From positions 4,510 to 68,509 of the forward strand of contig LQMQ01000005.1 of NCBI GenBank assembly GCA_001515205.2: a stretch of 64,000 bases of DNA, in the 5' to 3' direction. Position 1 is the stretch's first letter. Every line of letters begins with the position of its first letter. This stretch comes from Candidatus Hadarchaeum yellowstonense. Its GTDB lineage: Archaea > Hadarchaeota > Hadarchaeia > Hadarchaeales > Hadarchaeaceae. The notes under the pieces are model-generated. The model had not been told where the DNA came from, ran no database searches, and saw only the letters and a list, made by a program, of their open reading frames with translations. Of this stretch, positions 56,095 through 64,000 are shown piece by piece. Position numbers and translations under genes: made by a program.

Positions 56095-56799
56095 ATGGTG
56101 CTGGTGGCAAAGGTCTTCGAGCTGAAGGAACCGATTGAACTCACGCTCGCCGCGCGCAAGCTCAGGTCCTTCCGTGAGGAGGAACCTCATGGCTCGGGGC
56201 AGGAAACCAAGAAGCTGACCACCGAGATCATCGAACCCAAGCTTGAGGGAGACTCCTTCTCGGCGATCTTCAGCAAGGACTTCGTCATCAGCCGCTACTA
56301 CAAGAGGGGGCTGGTGGAGACGGTGGTCACCGAGGAGGTGCCCTTCTGGATCAAGAGGTATAAGGACCGCCTCTTCCTGATTGTCCTCGCCCCCTCGAAG
56401 GCGCGTGGGGTGAAGAAGCTGCTGACGAACTACGTGGCCAACAAGCTCAGCGACATCCTCTTCATCAGAACGGGTGCCATCGTGGAAACTAAGATCTCCC
56501 ATGAAACTCTGAAGGAGCTCCACGAGTCAAACCCGCACGCGACCAAGCTGATCTGGTTTGACAACGTGGACATCCCTGGCGTGGGCAAGCTGGCGCTGGC
56601 CGGTTCGGGGCTGGCGGACACCAAGCTCTACCGCGAGTACCTGGAACACGGGAAACTGTGGTACGTGGTCTGGGAGGTGGCCAAGAGGGGCCTTGTCGTG
56701 GGCATCACCAGAAACACGGTGGTCACCCTCTTCAGCAGGTCCACCGTCAAGGAGTTTGTTGACTTCATCATGACGGAAATACTTCCGATCGTCGAGTGA
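56095..56799 (+). CDS. Hypothetical protein divergent from the mini-SMC operon
   Basis: 234 aa counted from the ATG at 56095, which has a good RBS. It looks like a mixed alpha/beta protein. I recognise no family. Confidence 0.55.
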   Translation: MVLVAKVFELKEPIELTLAARKLRSFREEEPHGSGQETKKLTTEIIEPKLEGDSFSAIFSKDFVISRYYKRGLVETVVTEEVPFWIKRYKDRLFLIVLAPSKARGVKKLLTNYVANKLSDILFIRTGAIVETKISHETLKELHESNPHATKLIWFDNVDIPGVGKLALAGSGLADTKLYREYLEHGKLWYVVWEVAKRGLVVGITRNTVVTLFSRSTVKEFVDFIMTEILPIVE

Positions 56800-56808
56800 A
56801 CCGGGGGG

Positions 56809-57447
56809 TCACCCTCGCGCCCTGGATCTCTGCGATCTGAAATTTCGGCAATTATTCCCCACGGGGCAGCTGACACACCCCTGTCGCTTACAAAACTCCA
56901 GGTGGATCCTAACCAGGGGCGATTCAAACCTCTCGATCTCCTGCCCGGAGAGGCCCAGGCTCCTCCCCAGCTCAACGGCCACCCTTGACGGCTGTGGCCT
57001 CGCCTTGGACCAGATGCCGCGCAACTCCCTCAGGAAGATGTTGCAGGCGACGGGGCCGACACCCCTCAGCTCCTGAAGCCGCCTCTCCAGATCCTGGGGG
57101 TCGGTTGCCTCCTGGTGTATGCGCTCAAGGCCGCCCAGCTCCTTTATTTTTCCCATCGTCTCCAGAAGAGTGGAGGCCGTGGAAAAATCGTAGCGCACGT
57201 AGCCCGCCGCGTCCAGCACCTCAACCAGCCTGTCCCAGCCGGCGGCCAGAATTGCCTCCGGGGTCACCAGCCCCTCGGCCTCAAACATCCTGTAGGTTCT
57301 CAGAGCCACGTTTGCGGAGATCCTCTTGGCAAACAGCAGTGAGACCAGGAACCACTTGAAGCGATCATTGGGGCGTCTGAGATCCAGCCCGAGCTCACGG
57401 GAGTAGCTGGGGATCCGGGAGAGCGCGCGCAGACGGTTGACCATCAC
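56809..57447 (-). CDS. HhH-GPD superfamily base-excision DNA glycosylase-like protein with a C-terminal Cys cluster
   Basis: 212 aa. It has the helix-hairpin-helix LQELRGVGPVACNIFLREL and a C-terminal FCKRQGCVSCPVGNNC. Confidence 0.6.
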   Translation of the reverse strand: MMVNRLRALSRIPSYSRELGLDLRRPNDRFKWFLVSLLFAKRISANVALRTYRMFEAEGLVTPEAILAAGWDRLVEVLDAAGYVRYDFSTASTLLETMGKIKELGGLERIHQEATDPQDLERRLQELRGVGPVACNIFLRELRGIWSKARPQPSRVAVELGRSLGLSGQEIERFESPLVRIHLEFCKRQGCVSCPVGNNCRNFRSQRSRARG

Positions 57448-57576
57448 TAATCGGTTATTTTTCAGGGTTATTAACCGATGTCCTAGATGGTTGACCAGGG
57501 GTTATTTAAAAATCATGAGGCATCGGATTTTCGGCTGGGCCGCGCTGCTGAATTTTGACGCTAGCCCAGGAAGCTA

Positions 57577-57912
57577 TCACCCACTTCCCTTCAGGCCACC
57601 GCGCTTTTTGGGTCTTGATTCCAACAGTTGGCAAACACACTTTTCAATGCGTTTGTAGTTCCTGTCCAGCTCAACCAGATGATCATCCAGCTTCCGAATG
57701 AGCCGGTTGACCGCCGCGGTGTTGGACTCCAGCCTGTGGAAGTGAACCAGGATCAAGCCTATCACCAGAATTTCCACGACAAATACTAGGATCTCAACGA
57801 TGAAGGTAATGTCCATGCCGCCACCATGCCCAAAAAAATTATCCTCATTGTTTATAAAATTGTAATCATCCTCCGCTGCAGTAGAGGCAAAATTTTTGTC
57901 ACCCGCCGGCAA
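57577..57912 (-). CDS. Small single-TM protein with a coiled-coil tail
   Basis: 111 aa, or 79 aa from the ATG at 57816 (MDITFIVEILVFVVEILVIGLILV...). Confidence 0.4.
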   Translation of the reverse strand: MPAGDKNFASTAAEDDYNFINNEDNFFGHGGGMDITFIVEILVFVVEILVIGLILVHFHRLESNTAAVNRLIRKLDDHLVELDRNYKRIEKCVCQLLESRPKKRGGLKGSG

Positions 57913-57925
57913 ACGGGCCCCAGAA

Positions 57926-59002
57926 CTAAACTTTAATCACCCGGACCGCCGCCTTTCTCAGCCGGTTCATGATCGCGAGCCCGATACCGGAGATCTCCAC
58001 GCCCTCGGCCAAAATGACATCTACCCCCTCCCGATCAAAATCCCTAAAGGTTTGAAACAGGTTTTTTGCAACTGTTCTGAGGTTTCTTCGCGTTCCGACC
58101 ACCTTCACGATGGCGGACTGATATTCTCCGGCCGTCTCTTCAGTCGCCATGACGCCGACCCTTTTACCCTCCCGCTGGTACTCCTGCCAGAGCTCCTGGA
58201 TTTTCCCGACGACGCGCGGCAGCGGCCCCTCGACCACAACCACCTCGGCGCTCGGGGCATAATGCCGGTATTTCATCCCCGGTGCTCTTGCGATGACAGC
58301 TTCCGCCGGGATTTCGGCCGTGGCGATCGGGTGAACTTCGACCCGACCCAGAATCTGCCGCAGCTCCCCCACCGTCACGGGTCCCGGCCTGAGAACGGTG
58401 GGCGGATCGGCCGTCAAATCAAGGACCGTAGACTCAACACCAAAACCAACTTCGCCGCCGTCGATTAGGACCTCAATTTTCCCCGAGAGATCGTCCCAAA
58501 CGTGCTGCGCTGTGGTGGGGCTAGGCTTGCCCGCAAGGTTCGCGCTCGGCGCGGCGATCGGCACGTCTGCCTCGGCTATCAGGGCCCGGGCAATGGGGTG
58601 GCTGGGCATTCTTATCGCAACGGTGGCCAAACCGGCGGTGGTGGCGGCCGGCACCAGCTCCGACTTGGGCATCAGCAGCGTCAGGGGCCCGGGCCAAAAC
58701 CTGTCGATGAGGATCTCCGCCTTGCTCGGCACCGTCTCGGCCAAGAGGTAAACATCTTCCTTGTTCGCGATGTGAACGATGAGCGGATTATCAGTGGGCC
58801 TGTTCTTCGCCTGAAAAATTCTCAGAACCGCCCTCTCATCAAGAGCGTTGGCGCCCAGCCCGTAAACGGTCTCGGTGGGAAAAGCAACCAGGCCACCATC
58901 CCTGATCGTCTGGGCCGCTATTTTGATTTTCTCCGGCTCCGGTTGCACCGGGCTCACTTTCAGCACTAGGGTTTTGACCATACCACCACCGAATGGCTCC
59001 AC
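57926..59002 (-). CDS. sua5: L-threonylcarbamoyladenylate synthase (Sua5/YrdC + Sua5 C-terminal domain)
   Basis: GGLVAFPTETVYGLGANA, SANLAGKPSPT and the C-terminal Sua5 domain are present. A start at ATG 58981 (MVKTLVL, preceded by GGTGGTGGT) is at least as likely as the GTG at 59002. Confidence 0.9.
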   Translation of the reverse strand: MEPFGGGMVKTLVLKVSPVQPEPEKIKIAAQTIRDGGLVAFPTETVYGLGANALDERAVLRIFQAKNRPTDNPLIVHIANKEDVYLLAETVPSKAEILIDRFWPGPLTLLMPKSELVPAATTAGLATVAIRMPSHPIARALIAEADVPIAAPSANLAGKPSPTTAQHVWDDLSGKIEVLIDGGEVGFGVESTVLDLTADPPTVLRPGPVTVGELRQILGRVEVHPIATAEIPAEAVIARAPGMKYRHYAPSAEVVVVEGPLPRVVGKIQELWQEYQREGKRVGVMATEETAGEYQSAIVKVVGTRRNLRTVAKNLFQTFRDFDREGVDVILAEGVEISGIGLAIMNRLRKAAVRVIKV

Positions 59003-59524
59003 TTTAATAACGTTGCTTCCTTTAGATTTGAATTTCTGGTGATCGCGGCGGCTTTGCTGAGGCCCCTTTTCCCATCGGCGCTTCTGCAGAACTCAGCGAG
59101 TCGAGAAATATTGTTGCTCATCTTTTCCGAATTCGTAATGCTGAAGTTCAAAGGACTCCGCTGTCATCTACAAGCAAGAAAAGGAAATTCGAAATTCTAT
59201 TATAAATTTAAACGTTGAGAAATTTACCTGAAAGCCGTAGGTTGTGCGACGATCAGCACTTTTGTCGATTTAAACCATTCACTTGAGGCTGCATTATTGT
59301 TGATTTAACGCGGCTACACCTCGTCTGACGCCGTAATGAATTTTAGATGGGCAAAATGAGTCACGTCGCAACATTACCTTTCCAAGGTCAGGAATAGCTC
59401 TTTTCGTGGCGGAAACATGCTGCCATTCCCTTTAGAAAGATTGCCTGCTAAGACCACTAAAGATGGTGTGAAAAACAAGAACTGACGGCAAATGACGAAG
59501 TCATGTCTCAGTCAGGTATTTCCT

Positions 59525-59531
59525 AAAAAAA
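59525..59531 (-). terminator. Oligo-T (T7 on the minus strand) after tRNA-Gly
   Basis: A7 on the plus strand lies 6 nt beyond the tRNA 3' end. Confidence 0.5.
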
Positions 59532-59536
59532 GGTGA

Positions 59537-59646
59537 TGGTGCGGCCGGCGGGATTCGAACCCGCGTAGCAGGCTTTTACCGATTTTTCTTGGGAAGCCTG
59601 AGTCTTTTGGCAGCGTTTAGCTTTAACCAGGCTGGACCACGGCCGC
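59537..59646 (-). tRNA. tRNA-Gly (CCC) precursor, 110 nt with encoded CCA. It needs two insertions removed, one in the D arm and one in the anticodon loop.
   Basis: Reverse complement: GCGGCCG TG GTCC AGCCTGGTTAAAG[CTAAACGCTGCCAAAA]GAC T CAGGC TTCCCA[AGAAAAATCGGTAAA]A GCCTG CTAC GCGGG TTCGAAT CCCGC CGGCCGC A CCA. Removing the bracketed ~16 and ~15 nt restores a canonical cloverleaf. The exact junctions are ambiguous. Confidence 0.8.
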
Positions 59647-59671
59647 CCAAAAAAGATTAAGAAAAGGACAA

Positions 59672-60466
59672 CTAAAGCCTTTCGCGCGCCACTTCGGTCA
59701 GTTCAGTTTTGGTCAGCAGCCCGACCAGCTCGCCATCGAGGTTGAGCACGGGCAGTGCCGAAAACCTCCTCTCCAGCATGAGCTTCGCCGCCTCGGGCAA
59801 TCGGGTGTCGGTCCGGACCGTCACCGGAGGCTGCGTCATGATGTCCCCGACCAGAAGATTTCTGATGCGCTCACTCTTGTACCTGTCCGGGACGACCTCC
59901 TGAAAGGCCGCCAGCTTCATCGCCACATCCCTGGTCGTCACGATGCCTACCAGAACTTTATTTTCCACCACCGGCAGGGCTAGGATCTCCTCCTCGAGAA
60001 GCAGTTTCCGGGCATGGATCACCCTGTCGCCGGGGGAAACGGTGGTGGGGCTGACCTGCATGACCTGCCCCACGTAAACGTCCTCAAAATCGGCACAGAT
60101 CTTGGCAAAGTCCATCTTGGTGACGATGCCGACCAGCTTCGTCCCCTCCAGCACCGGCAAGCCGCTGACATCGTGATCCAGCATCAGCTCTGCGGCCCTC
60201 TTCGCCACGACATCCGGCGCCACGCTGATGGGGTCGGGAGTCATGACGCTGGAAATGTGCAGCCGGCCCGGGGGCAGCCGGTAGGTATGCAGCGAGCCCA
60301 GTTCCCGAGCGATGTCCTTCTCGGTCAGTATCCCTACTACGCGATCATTCTTGGTGGCCACAATTCTAGAAATCTGCGCCCTTTTCATGCAGTCGATGGC
60401 ATCGGCCAGAGATCTGTCCTTGTCCAGGGTAATCACCGGTGAACTCATGATGTGGCTGACCCTCAT
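59672..60466 (-). CDS. CBS-domain protein (four CBS motifs)
   Basis: 264 aa made of repeated CBS units, e.g. VMTPDPISVAPD...MLDHDVSGLPVLEGTKLVGIVTKMDF. Confidence 0.85.
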   Translation of the reverse strand: MRVSHIMSSPVITLDKDRSLADAIDCMKRAQISRIVATKNDRVVGILTEKDIARELGSLHTYRLPPGRLHISSVMTPDPISVAPDVVAKRAAELMLDHDVSGLPVLEGTKLVGIVTKMDFAKICADFEDVYVGQVMQVSPTTVSPGDRVIHARKLLLEEEILALPVVENKVLVGIVTTRDVAMKLAAFQEVVPDRYKSERIRNLLVGDIMTQPPVTVRTDTRLPEAAKLMLERRFSALPVLNLDGELVGLLTKTELTEVARERL

Positions 60467-61323
60467 TTAGACGCCAACCTCCTGATGCCCTTGATGATAT
60501 CGGTTTTCGTCACGATGCCGACCAGCCGATCTCCCTCCACCACAGGAACACCGCTCATCCCGCTCCTGATCATCAGTCCCGCGGCCTGCGCGGCATCCTC
60601 CTCGGGGCCGATGGTCACGATATCCCGGCGCATGATATCATCAGCAGTAAGTAGCGCCACATATTTAACATATCGCGCCCTTGGCCTGCCGCCCCTTTCC
60701 ACCTTCCTGGTGTATCTGACCTCCCTTTCCCTCACCCCTTTCTCGGGGTGCTCCAGCTGGGCAAACGCCAGATCCCTCTCCAGAATCATGCCCACGGGCC
60801 TTTCCCCCTCCGTCACCACCACGCTTCTGACCCGGTACTCCTGCATCAGCTCCACGATGTGCGCCACCGAGTGGTGCCGGCTGACCCTGACGACATCTTT
60901 GCTCATCAGCTCCTTCACTTTAAACTTTGTCTCCAGGTCCCTCGAAAAGTATCTCACCACATCCGTCTTGGTCAAGATCCCCACCACTCTTTCCCCCTCC
61001 ACAACCACCAGGCTGCCGATATCGCGGTCAAGCATTACCGTCACAGCCTTGTTTACATCGGTCTCCGGCGACACCGTTTGAACATCCCGGCTCATAACGC
61101 GGGACACCAGCACGTTGTCCAGGGTTCGCAGGCGCCAGGCGGGTGATTCCGCCCTGAGCCGGGTAACGATATCATCCAGGGTCAGCAAGCCGACGGCCCT
61201 GCCCCTCTCCATCACCACCAGCCTTTTCACCTTTTTCCTCAGCATCAGGTTCTTGGCGTGGGCGACGGTGTCGGTCGGCTTCACCGCTACTACCGGCGCG
61301 CTCATGATCTCCTTAACTTTCAA
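60463..61323 (-). CDS. CBS-domain protein (four CBS motifs, one with an Arg-rich insert)
   Basis: 286 aa. It overlaps its neighbours by 4 nt. Motifs include VKRLVVMERGRAVGLLTLDDI and MSGVPVVEGDRLVGIVTKTDI. Confidence 0.85.
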   Translation of the reverse strand: MKVKEIMSAPVVAVKPTDTVAHAKNLMLRKKVKRLVVMERGRAVGLLTLDDIVTRLRAESPAWRLRTLDNVLVSRVMSRDVQTVSPETDVNKAVTVMLDRDIGSLVVVEGERVVGILTKTDVVRYFSRDLETKFKVKELMSKDVVRVSRHHSVAHIVELMQEYRVRSVVVTEGERPVGMILERDLAFAQLEHPEKGVREREVRYTRKVERGGRPRARYVKYVALLTADDIMRRDIVTIGPEEDAAQAAGLMIRSGMSGVPVVEGDRLVGIVTKTDIIKGIRRLASK

Positions 61324-62231
61324 ACTAACAACCTCATGAGATCATGTTCGGTGATTATCCCCACCAGTTCCTCGCCGGAAACGACGGGCAGGCCACCGCA
61401 GCCCCTCTCCCGCATAATCTCGGCAGCCTCGCCCACATCCATCTCCGGCGTGGCCCTGATGACCTCCCGGGTCATTATCTCCTCGACGCCGACGGACATC
61501 GCATCCTCGAACCTAGCGGAGCTCATCCGGTCGAAGATTTTATTGGAGCTGAGATAGCGCAGGATGTCCATGCTCGTTACGATTCCAACCAACCTGCCGC
61601 CGCTGACGACCGGGAGCCTGCGGAAGCCGCGTGAAACAATGGTGCGCGCGGCATCCAAGATCTTGAAGGAAAGCTCGGCGGTGGCGACGTGCCGTGACAT
61701 GTAGTAGCTCACCTTCGCTCCGGTGGTCCTAGGAATAAACCGGAGAAAATCCCGTTCCGCCACAATTCCAACTATCCTCTTGCTGTCATCCAAGATGGGA
61801 ACGCCGCCAACGCCCTTGCTGAGGATGAGCCGGGCAACCTCGGTTATCGACATGCGGCTGGTGCCGTAGGTCAGATCCCTTTCCATCAGGATCCTCACCG
61901 GTTCATTCACCGCCGCCAGAAAATTGCCCCCGAACTTCACCCTGACGATGTTGAACTTTTCTCCACCGCCGAGAAACTCTAAGACATCCCGGGTCCTGAC
62001 GACGCCGATCAGCTTCTTCGTCCCCGGCTCGGTGACCGGCAGCCTTCTGATGCCCTCCTTCACCATCAGGTCAACGGCATTTTTTATCCTCATCGTCTGG
62101 GGGACGGAAACAACCGGCTTCTTGGCGATGGTCATGATGTCCCCCTCCTTGCGGTAAACTCGTGACCTGAACTCGATCGGGCCACGATCAAGCGACTTGT
62201 AGTGGGGTATTCTCTGCATGGGATCAACCAC
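61320..62231 (-). CDS. CBS-domain protein (four CBS motifs)
   Basis: 303 aa. Motifs IRRLPVTEPGTKKLIGVVRTRDV, GVGGVPILDDSKRIVGIVAERDF and others. Confidence 0.85.
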   Translation of the reverse strand: MVDPMQRIPHYKSLDRGPIEFRSRVYRKEGDIMTIAKKPVVSVPQTMRIKNAVDLMVKEGIRRLPVTEPGTKKLIGVVRTRDVLEFLGGGEKFNIVRVKFGGNFLAAVNEPVRILMERDLTYGTSRMSITEVARLILSKGVGGVPILDDSKRIVGIVAERDFLRFIPRTTGAKVSYYMSRHVATAELSFKILDAARTIVSRGFRRLPVVSGGRLVGIVTSMDILRYLSSNKIFDRMSSARFEDAMSVGVEEIMTREVIRATPEMDVGEAAEIMRERGCGGLPVVSGEELVGIITEHDLMRLLV

Positions 62232-63045
62232 AGGCGAACTTTATAACATCCGAGCGGCTCAAAATCCCCACAAGATATCCGTCGACAACCACCGCCAGCC
62301 TTCCGACCCTTTTGCTCAGCATCAAGTCGATGGCGTCGGAAACCGAAGTTTTGGGGCTCACCGCGATCGCCGGGGTCCTCATCACCGACTTGACCCGGGG
62401 CGGTGATTTGAATCGTCCTTTATCGGACTCTTCGGAAAGCCTGATGGTTCCAGACCTGATGATATCGGAGCGGGTGATCATGCCTATCACCTGCTTCCGC
62501 CTTCGCCGCTTGTCCAGCCTGACCACGGGCAGCCCGGAACAATTTGTTTTCTCCATCAGGTCCCAAATCTTGGAAATCTCATCATCGGGCTCACAGGTGA
62601 CCACATCGGTGATCATCAGCTCCTCCACGAGCTTTCCTGGGGAAATTCTCCCGGAGATCTGAGTCAGTATGTCATCGAGCCTCACCAAGCCAACCACTGT
62701 TCGGTCACTCGAGCTGCGGACCACGGGAACATCGGAGACCTCGAGGTCAACCATTTGCCTGGCCAGATCAACCAGCGACATCTTTGGGGTGGCTACCAGC
62801 CTGGATGGTGACATTATCCCGGAGACGGTGATGTTGGACCTTGTCGATGTCACCTGCATGACCTCTCTGATGGTAATGATCCCGGACAGCCTTCCCTCAT
62901 CGATCACCGGCAGGCTCCTGAAGCCGGTTGAGCGCATAACCGCTCGCGCCTTGGTAACCAGATCATTGGAACTCACGAATACGCTGCAGGGCCGCATCAC
63001 GTCCTCAACTTTCACGCCGCTGAGCACGTCACGGCATGCCATCAC
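62224..63045 (-). CDS. CBS-domain protein (four CBS motifs)
   Basis: 273 aa. Motifs FRSLPVIDEGRLSGIITIREV and VGRLAVVVDGYLVGILSRSDV. It overlaps the downstream gene by 8 nt. Confidence 0.85.
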   Translation of the reverse strand: MMACRDVLSGVKVEDVMRPCSVFVSSNDLVTKARAVMRSTGFRSLPVIDEGRLSGIITIREVMQVTSTRSNITVSGIMSPSRLVATPKMSLVDLARQMVDLEVSDVPVVRSSSDRTVVGLVRLDDILTQISGRISPGKLVEELMITDVVTCEPDDEISKIWDLMEKTNCSGLPVVRLDKRRRRKQVIGMITRSDIIRSGTIRLSEESDKGRFKSPPRVKSVMRTPAIAVSPKTSVSDAIDLMLSKRVGRLAVVVDGYLVGILSRSDVIKFACG

Positions 63046-63050
63046 ACCAT

Positions 63051-63581
63051 CTACTCGCCCATCGAATCACGACAGTTTTCACAAACCCACATACCATTAA
63101 CTTCATACAGGTCGGTGGTGACCTCCCCGCAGTTTTCGCAGACGCTCTGATCCACGCGCTCCTCGGTGGTCCTCTCCGGATGAGCCATCAGCTCCGAGAG
63201 AGCCGGGGATATCGCGGTGATGTCCGAGGAGGTAACGATGCCAACCAGCTTTCCGTTCTTAACCACGGGTAGCCGGCGGATCTTGTTGCTGGCCATGATC
63301 TTCGCCGCTTCAACGATGTCGGCGTCGGGGTCAATGGTAATCAGAGGAGCCGACATAATTTTCCCCACTCGAACCTTGCTCGGCTTAAGATCCTCGCTGA
63401 CGACCTTCATCAAAAGATCCTTTTCGGTGAGGATGCCAACCGGTTTCTTGCCCTCGACCACCACGATGCTGCCGACATCGTTCTTCGCCATCAGCTTGGC
63501 TGCCCGGGCAACGTTGGTCCCCTTGATCACCGTCAAAACTTCCGTGCGCATGGCCTCACGAACGGGAATCACTCGTTTCAT
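63051..63581 (-). CDS. CBS-pair protein with a C-terminal zinc ribbon
   Basis: 176 aa with two CBS motifs, followed by CENCGEVTTDLYEVNGMWVCENC. Confidence 0.85.
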   Translation of the reverse strand: MKRVIPVREAMRTEVLTVIKGTNVARAAKLMAKNDVGSIVVVEGKKPVGILTEKDLLMKVVSEDLKPSKVRVGKIMSAPLITIDPDADIVEAAKIMASNKIRRLPVVKNGKLVGIVTSSDITAISPALSELMAHPERTTEERVDQSVCENCGEVTTDLYEVNGMWVCENCRDSMGE

Positions 63582-63657
63582 CGTGCCACCAATCCCATAT
63601 TGTCATTTTCTGCTTAAAACTCTTTAAGGCACAAGAAGCCATTTATTTCTGATTGGC

Positions 63658-64000
63658 ATGGACGTGGAATCGTGGAAAACAGCGGCGGCAGATGAGGCGG
63701 CCAAACTGGTTCGGGACGGCATGCTGGTGGGACTGGGATCGGGGACCACGGTGGCAAAGGTAATCGCGGCCTTATCCAGGCTCAACCCGAATGCCACCTA
63801 CGTCGTTGCCTCCTCATCATCGGAGAAACTGGCTAAAGATCTGGGCCTGAAGCTGAGTCCTCTTGACGGTGACCGCAGTCTCGACATAACCATCGACGGC
63901 GCCGACGAGGTCGACCCCAATTTTGACCTGATAAAAGGACACGGCGGCGCCCACACCAGGGAAAAAATCATTGCCCAAGCGGCGAAAATGGTGGTGATCG
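63658..64000 (+). CDS. rpiA: Ribose-5-phosphate isomerase A, N-terminal part (continues beyond the window)
   Basis: This is my own translation; it is not in the ORF track because no stop is present. Sequence: MDVESWKTAAADEAAKLVRDGMLVGLGSGTTVAKVI...ITIDGADEVDPNFDLIKGHGGAHTREKI. The GLGSGST-like and DGADE motifs are diagnostic. Confidence 0.85.
   Translation, partial: MDVESWKTAAADEAAKLVRDGMLVGLGSGTTVAKVIAALSRLNPNATYVVASSSSEKLAKDLGLKLSPLDGDRSLDITIDGADEVDPNFDLIKGHGGAHTREKIIAQAAKMVVI

Noticed and set aside
1-64000. I searched for CRISPR arrays, long direct or inverted repeats, transposases, integrases, toxin-antitoxin pairs and rRNA genes
   Set aside because: I saw no regularly spaced repeats or mobile-element genes by eye. 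The short recurring motif GATTTAA(A)C (38988, 59267, 59301) is too short and too irregular to treat as a repeat family.

Overview
This is a tightly packed archaeal chromosomal segment. It looks GC-rich by eye and has many 1-8 nt start/stop overlaps, AAATAAAC/TATATAA-type TATA boxes, oligo-T terminators and one tRNA that needs two insertions removed. I support about 66 protein genes, 2 tRNAs and one or two candidate structured RNAs. I found no rRNA, CRISPR array, transposase or integrase.

Gene content, left to right:
- speH-bpsA for branched polyamine synthesis.
- A methanol methyltransferase module: mtaB plus an MtaA-MtaC fusion.
- A sulfur-transfer and thiamine neighbourhood: LarE-like, Thi4, a THUMP-less ThiI-like protein and tRNA-Cys.
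- A large MEDS-PAS-GAF-DUF835 sensor split at an A6 run.
- Small HTH, membrane and Lon-domain genes.
- A MoaD-like gene followed by a three-subunit xanthine-dehydrogenase-family molybdoenzyme.
- mscL.
- IscS-IscU plus a translationally coupled unknown gene.
- A lysine/DAP operon: class III aminotransferase, lysA, lysC, dapA, dapB, an unknown gene and asd.
- Housekeeping genes: trm5, nac, guaA, acyP, an Lhr helicase, an SHMT-like protein, sua5 and rpiA.
- Transporters, a MoxR-VWA pair, and a MarR-MATE pair.
- A hinge-less mini-SMC / kleisin-like / kite-like operon.
- Five consecutive CBS-domain genes.

The mta genes together with the multi-insertion tRNA suggest a methylotrophic archaeon of the TACK/Thermoproteota side, for example Methanomethylicia-like. 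That placement is inference only.

Items most worth follow-up:
- The mini-SMC operon (52715-56799).
- A promoter-to-oligo-T structured RNA candidate (23471-23765).
- The MtaA-MtaC fusion.
- The CBS gene array.
- The gene coupled to IscSU.
- The A6 frameshift site in the sensor gene.

All functional calls rest on motif recognition by eye. No database search was run.
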